DNA of 64,000 bases, from NCBI RefSeq assembly GCF_963921235.1, contig NC_086108.1, positions 31,002,001 through 31,066,000 on the forward strand. The letters run 5' to 3'. The stretch is from Mobula hypostoma (taxonomy: Eukaryota). Positions 52,401 to 64,000 of the stretch are shown here, piece after piece. The position numbers and the translations under genes were made by a program. Position 1 is the stretch's first letter. Every line of letters begins with the position of its first letter. The notes beneath the pieces are model-generated. The model had not been told where the DNA came from and searched no databases. It saw only the letters and a program-made list of their open reading frames with translations.

Positions 52401-55400
52401 TCTCACGTTATCCCCCATCCCCCTCACCTCGTCTCATATATCACTTCACAGTTTCTCACATTATCCCCCATCCCCCTCACCAGGTCTCATATATCACCTC
52501 CCAGTTTAACACCTTATCCCCCATCCCCCTCACCTCATCTCATATACCACTTCACAGTTTCTCACCTTATCCCTCATCCCCCTAGCCCGGTCTAAAATAT
52601 CACCTCCCAGTTTCTCACGTTATCCCCCGTCCCCCTCACCTTGTCTCATATATCACCTCCCAGTTTGTAACCTTATCCCCCATCTCCCTCACCTGTTCTC
52701 ATATATCACCTCCCAGTTTCTCACTTTATACCCCATCCCCCTCAACTGGTCTCATAGATCACCTCCCAGTTTCTCACGTTAACCCCCATCCCCCTCAAGC
52801 GGTCTCAAATATCACCTCCCAGTTTCTCATCATACCCACATCCCCTTCACCTGGTCTCATATATCACTTCACAGTTTCACACCTTATCCCCCATACCCCT
52901 CACCCAGTCTCATATATCACCTCCCAGTTTCTCACCTTATCCCCATCCCCCTCACCTCGTCTCATATATCACCTCACAGTTTCTCACCTTATCCCCCATC
53001 CCGCTAACCCGGTCTCATATATCACCTCCCAGTTTCTCACATTATCCACCGTCCCCCTCACGTGGTCTCATATATCACCTCCCAGTTTCTAACCTTATCC
53101 CCCATCCCCCGCACCTGGCCTCGTATATCATCTCCCAGTTTCTCACCTTATCGTCCATCCCGCTCACCTGGTCTCATATATCAACTCCCAGTTTCTCACC
53201 TTATCCCCCTTCCCCCTCACGAGCTCTCAAATATCAACTCCCGGTTTCTTACCTTATCCCCCATCCCCCTTACCTGCTCTCATATGTCACCTCCCGGTTT
53301 CTCACGTTATCCCCCATCCCCCTCACCTCGTCACATATATCACTTCACAGTTTCTCACATTATCCCCCATCCCCCTCACCAGCTCTCATATATCACCTCC
53401 CAGTTTAACACCTTATCCCCCATCCCCCTCACCTCATCTCATATACCACTTCACAGTTTCTCACCTTATCCCTCATCCCCCTAACCCGGTCTAAAATATC
53501 ACCTCCCAGTTTCTCACGTTATCCCCCGTCCCCCTCACCTTGTCTCATATATCACCTCCCAGTTTGTAACCTTATCCCCCATCTCCCTCACCTGTTCTCA
53601 TATATCACCTCCCAGTTTCTCACTTTATACCCCATCCCCCTCAACTGGTCTCATAGATCACCTCCCAGTTTCTCACGTTAACCCCCATCCCCCTCACCCG
53701 GTCTCATATATCACCTCCTAGTTTCTCACCTTATCCACCATCCCCCTCACCTCGTCTCATATATCACTTCACAGTTTCTCACCTTATCCCCCATCCCCCT
53801 AACCCGGTCTCATATATCACCTCCCAGTTTCTCACGTTATCCTCGATCCCCCTCACCTGGTCTCATATATCACCACCCCGTTACTCACGTTATCCCCCAT
53901 CCCCCTCACCTGGTCTCATAGATCACCTCCCAGTTTCTCACGTTATCCCCCAGCCCCCTGACCCGGTTTCATATATCACCTCCCAGTTTCTCACCTTATT
54001 CCCCCATCCCCCTAACCTAGTCTCATATATCACCACCCAGTTTCTCACGTTATCCCCCGTCCACCTCACCTGGTCTCATATATCAACTCCCAGTTTCACA
54101 CCATATCCCCCAGCCCCCTCACCTCGTCTCATATATCACTTCACAGTTTCTCACCTTATCCCCCATCCCCCTCACCTCATCTCATATACCACTTCACAGT
54201 TGCTCACCTTATCCCTCATCCCCCGAACCCGGTCTAAAATATCACCTGCCAGTTTCTCACGTTATCCCCCATCCCCCTCACCTAGTCTCATATATCACCT
54301 CCCCGTTTCTCACGTTATCCCCCATCCCCCTCACCTGGTCTCATAGATCACCTCCCAGTTTCTCACGTTATCCCCCATCCCCCTGACCCGGTTTCATATA
54401 TCACCTCCCAGTTTCTCACCTTATTCCCCCATCCCCCTAACCTAGTCTCATATATCACCACCCAGTTTCTCACGTTATCCCCCGTCCACCTCACCTGGTC
54501 TCATATATCAACTCCCAGTTTCACACCATATCCCCCAGCCCCCTCACCTCGTCTCATATATCTCTTCACAGTTTCTCACCTTATCCCCCAGCCCTCTCAC
54601 CTCGTCTCATATACCACTTCACAGTTGCTCACCTTATCCCTCATCCCCCTAACCCGGTCTAAAATATCACCTGCCAGTTTCTCACGTTATCCCCCATCCC
54701 CCTCACCTAGTCTCATATATCACCTCCCCGTTTCTCACGTTATTCCCCATCCCCCTCACCTGGTCTCATAGAGCACCTCCCAGTTTCTCACGTTATCCCC
54801 CATCCCCCTCACCTAGTCTCATATATCACCACCCCGTTACTCACGTTATCCCCCATCCCCCTCACCTGGTCTCATAGATCACCTCCCTGTTTCTCACGTT
54901 ATCCCCCAGCCCCCTGACCCGGTTTCATATATCACCTCCCAGTTTCTCACCTTATTCCCCCATCCCCCTAACCTAGTCTCATATATCACCACCCAGTTTC
55001 TCACGTTATCCCCCGTCCACCTCACCTGGTCTCATATATCAACTCCCAGTTTCACACCATATCCCCCAGCCCCCTCACCTCGTCTCATATATCACTTCAC
55101 AGTTTCTCACCTTATCCCCCATCCCCCTCACCTCATCTCATATACCACTTCACAGTTGCTCACCTTATCCCTCATCCCCCGAACCCGGTCTAAAATATCA
55201 CCTGCCAGTTTCTCACGTTATCCCCCATCCCCCTCACCTCGTCTCATATATCACCTCCCCGTTTCTCACGTTATCCCCCATCCCCCTCACCTGGTCTCAT
55301 AGATCACCTCCCAGTTTCTCACGTTATCCCCCATCCCCCTGACCCGGTTTCATATATCACCTCCCAGTTTCTCACCTTATTCACCCATCCCCCTAACCTA

Positions 55401-58400
55401 GTCTCATATATCACCACCCAGTTTCTCACGTTATCCCCCGTCCACCTCACCTGGTCTCATATATCAACTCCCAGTTTCACACCATATCCCCCAGCCCCCT
55501 CACCTCGTCTCATATATCACTTCACAGTTTCTCACCTTATCCCCCAGCCCCCTCACCTCGTCTCATATACCACTTCACAGTTGCTCACCTTATCCCTCAT
55601 CCCCCTAACCCGGTCTAAAATATCACCTGCCAGTTTCTCACGTTATCCCCCATCCCCCTCACCTAGTCTCATATATCACCTCCCCGTTTCTCACGTTATT
55701 CCCCATCCCCCTCACCTGGTCTCATAGAGCACCTCCCAGTTTCTCACGTTATCCCCCATCCCCCTCACGCGCTCTCACATATCACCTCCCAGTTTCTCAC
55801 CTTACCCCCATCCCCCTCACCCGGTCTCATATATCACCTCCTAGTTTCTCACCTTATCCACCATCCCCCTCACCTCGTCTCATATATCACTTCACAGTTT
55901 CTCACCTTATCCCCCATCCCCCTAACCCGGTCTCATATATCACCTACCAGTTTCTCAGGTTATCCCCCGTCCCCCTCACCTGGTCTCATATATCACTTCA
56001 CAGTTTCTCACCTTATCCCCCATCCCCCTCACCTCATCTCATATACCACTTCACAGTTGCTCACCTTATCCCTCATCCCCCTAACCCGGTCTAAAATATC
56101 ACCTGCCAGTTTCTCACGTTATCCCCCGTCCCCCTCACCTGGTCTCATATATCACCTCCCAGTTTCTCACTTTATACCCCATCCCCCTCATCTGGTCTCA
56201 TAGATCACCTCCCAGTTTCTCACGTTATCCCCCAACCCCCTCAAGCGGTCTCAAATGTCACCTCCCAGTTTCTCATCTTACCCACATCCCCTTCACCTGG
56301 TCTCATATATCACTTCACAGTTTCACACCTTATCCCCCATCCCGCTCACCCAGTCCCATATATCACCTCCCAGTTTCTCACCTTATCCCCCATCCCCCTC
56401 ACCTCGTCTCATATATCACCTCACAGTTTCTCACCTTATCCCCCATCCCGCTAACCCGGTCTCATATATCACCTCCCAGTTTCTCATATTATCCACCGTC
56501 CCCCTCACGTGGTCTCATATATCACCTCCCAGTTTCTCACCTTATCCCCCATCCCCGTCACCTGTTCTCATATATCACCTCCCAGTTTCTCACGTTATCC
56601 CCCGTCCCCCTCACCTGATCTCATATATCACCTCCCAGTTTCTAACCTTATCCCCCATCCCCCGCACCTAGTCTCATATATCATCTCCCAGTTTCTCACC
56701 TTATCGCCCATCCCGCTCACCTGGTCTCATATATCAACTCCCAGTTTCTCACCTTATCCCCCTTCCCCCTCACGAGCTCTCAAATATAAACTCCCGGTTT
56801 CTTACCTTATCCCCCATCCCCCTGACCTGCTCTCATATGTCACCTCCCGGTTTTTTCACGTTATCCCCCATCCCCCTCACCTCGTCTCATATATCACTTC
56901 ACAGTTTCTCACATTATCCCCCATCCCCCTCACCAGGTCTCATATATCACCTCCCAGTTTCTCACCTTATCCCCCATCCCCCTCACCTCATCTCATATAC
57001 CACTTCACAGTTTCTCACCTTATCCCTCATCCCCCTAACCCGGTCTAAAATATCATCTCCCAGTTTCTCACGTTATCCCCCGTCCCCCTCACCTGGTCTC
57101 ATATATCACCTCCCAGTTTTTAACCTTATCCCCCATCTCCCTCACCTGTTCTCATATATCACCTCCCAGTTTCTCACTTTATACCCCATCCCCCTCAACT
57201 GGTCTCATAGATCACCTCCCAGTTTCTCAAGTTAACCCCCATCCCCCTCAAGCGGTCTCAAATATCACCTCCCAGTTTCTCATCTTACCCACATCCCCTT
57301 CACCTGGTCTCATATATCACTTCACAGTTTCTCACTTTATCCCCCATCCCCCTCACCCGGTCTCATATATCACCTCGCAGTTTCTCACCTTATCCCCCAT
57401 TCCCCTCACCTCGTCTCATATATCACCTCACAGTTTCTCACCTTATCCCCCATCCCCCTAACCCGGTCTCATATATCACCTCCCAGTTTCTCACATTATC
57501 CCCCGTCCCCCTCACGTGGTCTCATATATCACCTCCCAGTTTCTCACCTTATCCCCCATCCCCCTCACCTGTTCTCATATATCACCTCCCAGATTCTCAC
57601 CTTTTCCCCCATCCCCCTCACCTCGTCTCATATTTCACCTCCCATTTCCTCACGTTATCCCCCATCCCCCTCACCTGGTCTCATATATCACCTCCCGGTT
57701 TCTCACCTTATCCCCCATCCCCTTCACCTGGTCTCAAATATCACCTCCCCGTTTCTCACGTTATTCCCCATCCCCCTCACCTGGTCTCATAGAGCACCTC
57801 CCAGTTTCTCACATTATCCCCCATCCCCCTAACCCGGTCTCATATATCACCTCCCAGTTTCTCACCTTATCCCCCATCCCCCTCACCTCATCTCATATAC
57901 CACTTCACAGTTTCTCACCTTATCCCTCATCCCCCTAACCCGGTCTAAAATATCATCTCCCAGTTTCTCACGTTATCCCCCGTCCCCCTCACCTGGTCTC
58001 ATATATCACCTCCCAGTTTTTAACCTTATCCCCCATCTCCCTCACCTGTTCTCATATATCACCTCCCAGTTTCTCACTTTATACCCCATCCCCCTCAACT
58101 GGTCTCATAGATCACCTCCCAGTTTCTCAAGTTAACCCCCATCCCCCTCAAGCGGTCTCAAATATCACCTCCCAGTTTCTCATCTTACCCACATCCCCTT
58201 CACCTGGTCTCATATATCACTTCACAGTTTCTCACTTTATCCCCCATCCCCCTCACCCGGTCTCATATATCACCTCGCAGTTTCTCACCTTATCCCCCAT
58301 TCCCCTCACCTCGTCTCATATATCACCTCACAGTTTCTCACCTTATCCCCCATCCCCCTAACCCGGTCTCATATATCACCTCCCAGTTTCTCACATTATC

Positions 58401-61400
58401 CCCCGTCCCCCTCACGTGGTCTCATATATCACCTCCCAGTTTCTCACCTTATCCCCCATCCCCCTCACCTGTTCTCATATATCACCTCCCAGATTCTCAC
58501 CTTTTCCCCCATCCCCCTCACCTCGTCTCATATTTCACCTCCCATTTCCTCACGTTATCCCCCATCCCCCTCACCTGGTCTCATATATCACCTCCCGGTT
58601 TCTCACCTTATCCCCCATCCCCTTCACCTGGTCTCAAATATCACCTCCCAGTTTCTCACCTTATCCCCCATCCCCCTCAGCTCGTCTCATATATCACCTC
58701 ACAGTTTCTCACCTTATCCCCCAACCCGCTAACCCGGTCTCATATATCACCTCCCAGTTTCTCACATTATCCACCGTCCCCCTCACGTGGTCTCATATAT
58801 CACCTCCCAGTTTCTAACCTTATCCCCCATCCCCCTCACCCAGTCTCATATATCACCTCCCAGTTTCTCACGTTATCCCCCATCCCCCTCACCTCGTCTC
58901 ATATAACACTTCACAGTTTCTCACATTATCCCCCATCCCCCTCACCAGGTCTCATATATCACCTCCCAGTTTCACACCTTATCCCCCATCCCCCTCATCT
59001 CATCTCATATACCACTTCACAGTTTCTCACCTTATCCCTCATCCCCCTAACCCAGTCTAAAATATCACCTCCCAGTTTCTCACGTTATCCCCCGTCCCCC
59101 TCACCTGGTCTCATATATCACCTCCCAGTTTGTAACCTTATCCCCCATCTCCCTCACCTGTTCTCATATATCACCTCCCAGTTTCTTACTTTATACCCCA
59201 TCCCCTCAACTGGTCTCATAGATCACCTCCCAGTTTCTCACGTTAACCCCCATCCCCCTCAAGCAGTCTCAAATATCACCTCCCAGTTTCTCATCTTACC
59301 CACATCCCCTTCACCTGGTCTCATATATCACTTCACAGTTTCTCACCTTATCCCCCATTCCCCTCACCTCGTCTCATATATCACCTCCCAGTTTCTCACA
59401 TTATCCCCCGTCCCCCTCACGTGGTCTCATATATCACCTCCCAGTTTCTCACCTTATCCCCCATCCCCCTCACCTGTTCTCATATATCACCTCCCAGATT
59501 CTCAGCTTTTCCCCCATCCCCCTCACCTCGTCTCATATTTCACCTCCCATTTCCTCACGTTATCCCCCATCCCCCTCACCTAGTCTCATATATCACCACC
59601 CCGTTTCTCACGTTATCCCCCATCCCCCTCACCTGGTCTCATAGATCACCTCCCAGTTTCTCACGTTATCCCCCATCCCCCTGACCCGGTTTCATATATC
59701 ACCTCCCAGTTTCTCACCTTATTCACCCATCCCCCTAACCTAGTCTCATATATCACCACCCATTTTCTCACGTTATCTCCCGTCCACCTCACCTGGTCTC
59801 ATATATCAACTCCCAGTTTCACACCATATCCCCCAGCCCCCTCACCTCGTCTCATATATCACTTCACAGTTTCTCACCTTATCCCCCAGCCCCCTCACCT
59901 CGTCTCATATACCACTTCACAGTTGCTCACCTTATCCCTCATCCCCCTAACCCGGTCTAAAATATCACCTGCCAGTTTCTCACGTTGTCCCCCATCCCCC
60001 TCACATAGTCTCATATATCACCTCCCCGTTTCTCAGGTTATTCCCCATCCCCCTCACCTGGTCTCATAGAGCACCTCCCAGTTTCTCACGTTATCCCCCA
60101 TCCCCCTCACGCGCTCTCACATATCACCTCCCAGTTTCTCACCTTACCCCCATCCCCCTCACCCGGTCTCATATATCACCTCCTAGTTTCTCACCTTATC
60201 CACCATCCCCCTCACCTCGTCTCATATATCACTTCACAGTTTCTCACCTTATCCCCCATCCCCCTAACCCGGTCTCATATATCACCTACCAGTTTCTCAG
60301 GTTATCCCCCGTCCCCCTCACCTGGTCTCATATATCACTTCACAGTTTCTCACCTTATCCCCCATCCCCCTCACCTCATCTCATATACCACTTCACAGTT
60401 GCTCACCTTATCCCTCATCCCCCTAACCCGGTCTAAAATATCACCTGCCAGTTTCTCACGTTATCCCCCGTCCCCCTCACCTGGTCTCAATATCACCTCC
60501 CCGTTTCTCACGTTATTCCCCATCCCCCTCACCTGGTCTCATAGATCACATCCCAGTTTCTCACGTTATCCCACCTCCCCCTCACCTGGTCTCAATATCA
60601 CCTCCCCGTTTCTCACGTTATTCCCCATCCCCCTCACCTGGTCTCATAGAGCACCTCCCAGTTTCTCACCTTATCCCCCATCCCCCTCACGCGGTCTCAC
60701 ATATCACCTCCCAGTTTCTCACCTTACCCCCATCCCCTTCACCTGGTCTCATATATCACTTCACAGCTTCACACCTTATCCCCCATCCCCCTCACCCGGT
60801 CTCATATATCACCTCCTAGTTTCTCACCTTATCCCCCATCCCCCTAACCCGGTCTCATATATCACCTCCCAGTTTCTCAGGTTATCCCTCGTCCCCCTCA
60901 CCTTGTCTCATATATCACCTCCCAGTTTCACACCGTATCCCCCAGCCCCCTCACCTCGTCTCATATATCACTTCACAGTTTCACACCTTATCCCCCATCC
61001 CCTCACCCAGTCTCATATATCACCTCCCAGTTTCTCACCTTATCCCCCATCCCCCTCACCTCGTCTCATATATCACCTCACAGTTTCTCACCTTATCCCC
61101 CATCCCGCTAACCCGGTCTCATATATCACCTCCCAGTTTCTAACCTTATCCCCCATCCCCCTCACCCAGTCTCATATATCACCTCCCAGTTTCTCACGTT
61201 ATCCCCCATCCCCCTCACCTCGTCTCATATCTCACTTCACAGTTTCTCACATTATCCCCCATCCCCCTCACCAGGTCTCATATATCACCTCCCAGTTTAA
61301 CACCTTATCCCCCATCCCCCTCACCTCATCTCATATACCACTTCACAGTTTCTCACCTTATCCCTCATCCCCCTAACCCGGTCTAAAATATCACCTCCCA

Positions 61401-64000
61401 GTTTCTCACATTATCCCCCGTCCCCCTCACCTGGTCTCATATATCACCTCCCAGTTTGTAACCTTATCCCCCATCTCCCTCACCTGTTCTCATATATCAC
61501 CTCCCAGTTTCTCACTTTATACCCCATCCCCCTCAACTGGTCTCATAGATCACCTCCCAGTTTCTCATGTTAACCCCCATCCCCCTCAAGCGGTCTCAAA
61601 TAATACCTCCCAGTTTCTCATCACACCCACATCCCCTTCACCTGGTCTCATATATCACTTCACATTTTCTCACTTTATCCCCCATCCCCCTCACCCGGTC
61701 TCATATATCACCTTCCAGTTTCTCACCTTCTCCCCCATTCCCCTCACCTCGTCTCATATATCACCTCACAGTTTCTCAACTTATCCCCCATCCCCCTAAC
61801 CCGGTCTCATATATCAACTCCCAGTTTCTCACATTATCCCCCGTCCCCCTCACGTGGTCTCATATATCACCTCCCAGTTTCTCACCTTATCCCCCATCCC
61901 CCTCACCTGTTCTCATATATCAACTCCCAGATTCTCACCTTTTCCCCCATCCCCCTCACCTCGTCTCATATTTCACCTCACAGTTTCTCACGTTATCCCC
62001 CATCCCCCTCACCTGGTCTCATATATCACTTCACAGTTTCTCACCTTATCCCCAACCCCCCTCACCTGGTCTCATTTATCACCTCCCACTTTCTCACCTT
62101 CTCCCCCATCCCCCTCACCCAGTCTCATATATAACCTCCCACTTTTCTCATCTTATCCCCCATCCCCCTAACCCGGTCTCATATATCACCTCCCAGTTTC
62201 TCAGGTTATCCCTCGTCCCCCTCACCTTGTCTCATATATCACCTCCCAGTTTCAAACCGTATCCCCCAGCCCCCTCACCTCGTCTCATATATCACTTCAC
62301 AGTTTCACACCTTATCCCCCATCCCCTCACCCAGTCTCATATATCACCTCCCAGTTTCTCACCTTATCCCCCATCCCCCTCACCTCGTCTCATATATCAC
62401 CTCACAGTTTCTCACCTTATCCCCCATCCCGCTAACCCGGTCTCATATATCACCTCCCAGTTTCTAACCTTATCCCCCATCCCCCTCACCCAGTCTCATA
62501 TATCACCTCCCAGTTTCTCACGTTATCCCCCATCCCCCTCACCTCATCTCATATACCACTTCACAGTTTCTCACCTTATCCCTCATCCCCCTAACCCTGT
62601 CTAAAATATCACCTCCCAGTTTCTCACATTATCCCCCGTCCCCCTCACCTGGTCTCATATATCACCTCCCAGTTTGTAACCTTATCCCCCATCTCCCTCA
62701 CCTGTTCTCATATATCACCTCCCAGTTTCTCACTTTATACCCCATCCCCCTCAACTGGTCTCATAGATCACCTCCCAGTTTCTCATGTTAACCCCCATCC
62801 CCCTCAAGCGGTCTCAAATATCACCTCCCAGTTTCTCATCATACCCACATCCCCTTCACCTGGTCTCATATATCACTTCACATTTTCTCACTTTATCCCC
62901 CATCCCCCTCACCCGGTCTCATATATCACCTTCCAGTTTCTCACCTTCTCCCCCATTCCCCTCACCTCGTCTCATATATCACCTCACAGTTTCTCAACTT
63001 ATCCCCCATCCCCCTAACCCGGTCTCATATATCAACTCCCAGTTTCTCACATTATCCCCCGTCCCCCTCACGTGGTCTCATATATCACCTCCCAGTTTCT
63101 CACATTATCCCCCATCCCCCTCACCCAGTCTCATATATAACCTCCCACTTTTCTCATCTTATCCCCCATCCCCCTCACCTGGTCTCATATATCACCTCCC
63201 AGTTTCTCACCTTATCCCCCATCCCCCTCACCTGGTCTCATGTATCACCTCCCAGTTTCTCACCTTATCCCCCATCCCCCTCACCTGGTCTCATATATCA
63301 CCTCTCGGTTTCTCACCTTATCCCCCATCACCCTCACCTGGTCTCATAGATCACATCCCAGTTTCTCACTTTATCCCACCTCCCCCTCACCTAGTCTCAT
63401 ATATCACCTCCCCGTATCTCACGTTATCCCCCATCCCCGTCACCTGGTCTCATATATCACTTCACAGCTTCACACCTTATCCCCCATCCCCCTCACCCAG
63501 TCTCATATATCACCTCCTAGTTTCTCACCATATCCGCCATCCCCCTCACCTCGTCTCATATATCACTTCACAGTTTCTCACCTTATCCCCCATCCCCCTA
63601 ACCCGGTCTCATATATCACCTCCCCGTTACTCACGTTATCCCCCATCCCCCTCACCTGGTCTCATAGATCACCTCCCAGTTTCTCACGTTATCCCCCATC
63701 CCCCTCACCTGATCTCATATATCACCTCCCAGTTTCTAACCTTATCCCCCATCCCCCGCACCTGGTCTCATATATCATCTCCCAGTTTGTCACGTTATCG
63801 CCCATCCCGCTCACCTGGTCTCATATATCAACTCCCAGTTTCTCACCTTATCCCCCTTCCCCCTCACGAGCTCTCAAATATAAACTCCCGGTTTCTTACC
63901 TTATCCCCCATCCCCCTGACCTGCTCTCATATGTCACCTCCCGGTTTCTCACGTTATCCCCCATCCCCCTCACGCGGTCTCACATATCACCTCCCAGTTT
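25484..64000. repeat. 53-bp tandem satellite, about 725 monomers, continuing past the window end
   Basis: Consensus GGTCTCATATATCACCTCCCAGTTTCTCACCTTATCCCCCATCCCCCTCACCT; the period can be read at 32411 to 32464. ORF translations repeat every 53 aa (three monomers). No interrupting element was seen. Confidence 0.98.

Noticed and set aside
25484..64000. Dozens of Pro/Ser/His-rich ORFs (up to 348 aa) resembling extensin- or mucin-like proteins
   Set aside because: The 53-bp consensus has no stop in any plus frame, so ORFs arise automatically. They overlap in all frames and are broken at random by variants.
25484..64000. CRISPR-like repeat-spacer array
   Set aside because: There are no unique spacers, the whole monomer repeats, no cas genes are present, and the context is vertebrate.
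25484..64000. Telomeric origin, suggested by CCCTAACCC in some monomers
   Set aside because: It is a point variant of CCCTCACC(C/T), never tandem, and PLE similarity explains the monomer better.

Overview
Vertebrate non-genic DNA in two parts. A cartilaginous fish is likely, inferred only from the mix of CR1 LINEs, V-domain SINEs, Rex1/Babar LINEs and Penelope-like elements (PLEs). (1) Bases 1 to ~25,480 are a nested set of retroelement remnants: decayed and young CR1 LINEs, Rex1/Babar-like LINEs, PLE fragments (RT thumb, GIY-YIG endonuclease, termini with hammerhead-ribozyme motifs), V-SINEs, an 82-bp hAT MITE, a probable LTR fragment and a TSD-flanked non-coding 565-bp element. (2) Bases ~25,484 to the window end are an uninterrupted 53-bp C-rich satellite of about 725 monomers, organised as a mosaic of block duplications. 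No host protein-coding gene could be supported, and the ORFs in the satellite are artefacts of a stop-free monomer. The two most notable observations: a 258-bp TSD-flanked, near-perfect palindrome carrying two intact minimal hammerhead motifs in opposite orientations (14961-15218), and the satellite growing directly out of a PLE 3' end, with a monomer similar to PLE 3' sequence elsewhere in the window. All family assignments come from motif recognition by eye, not database searches.
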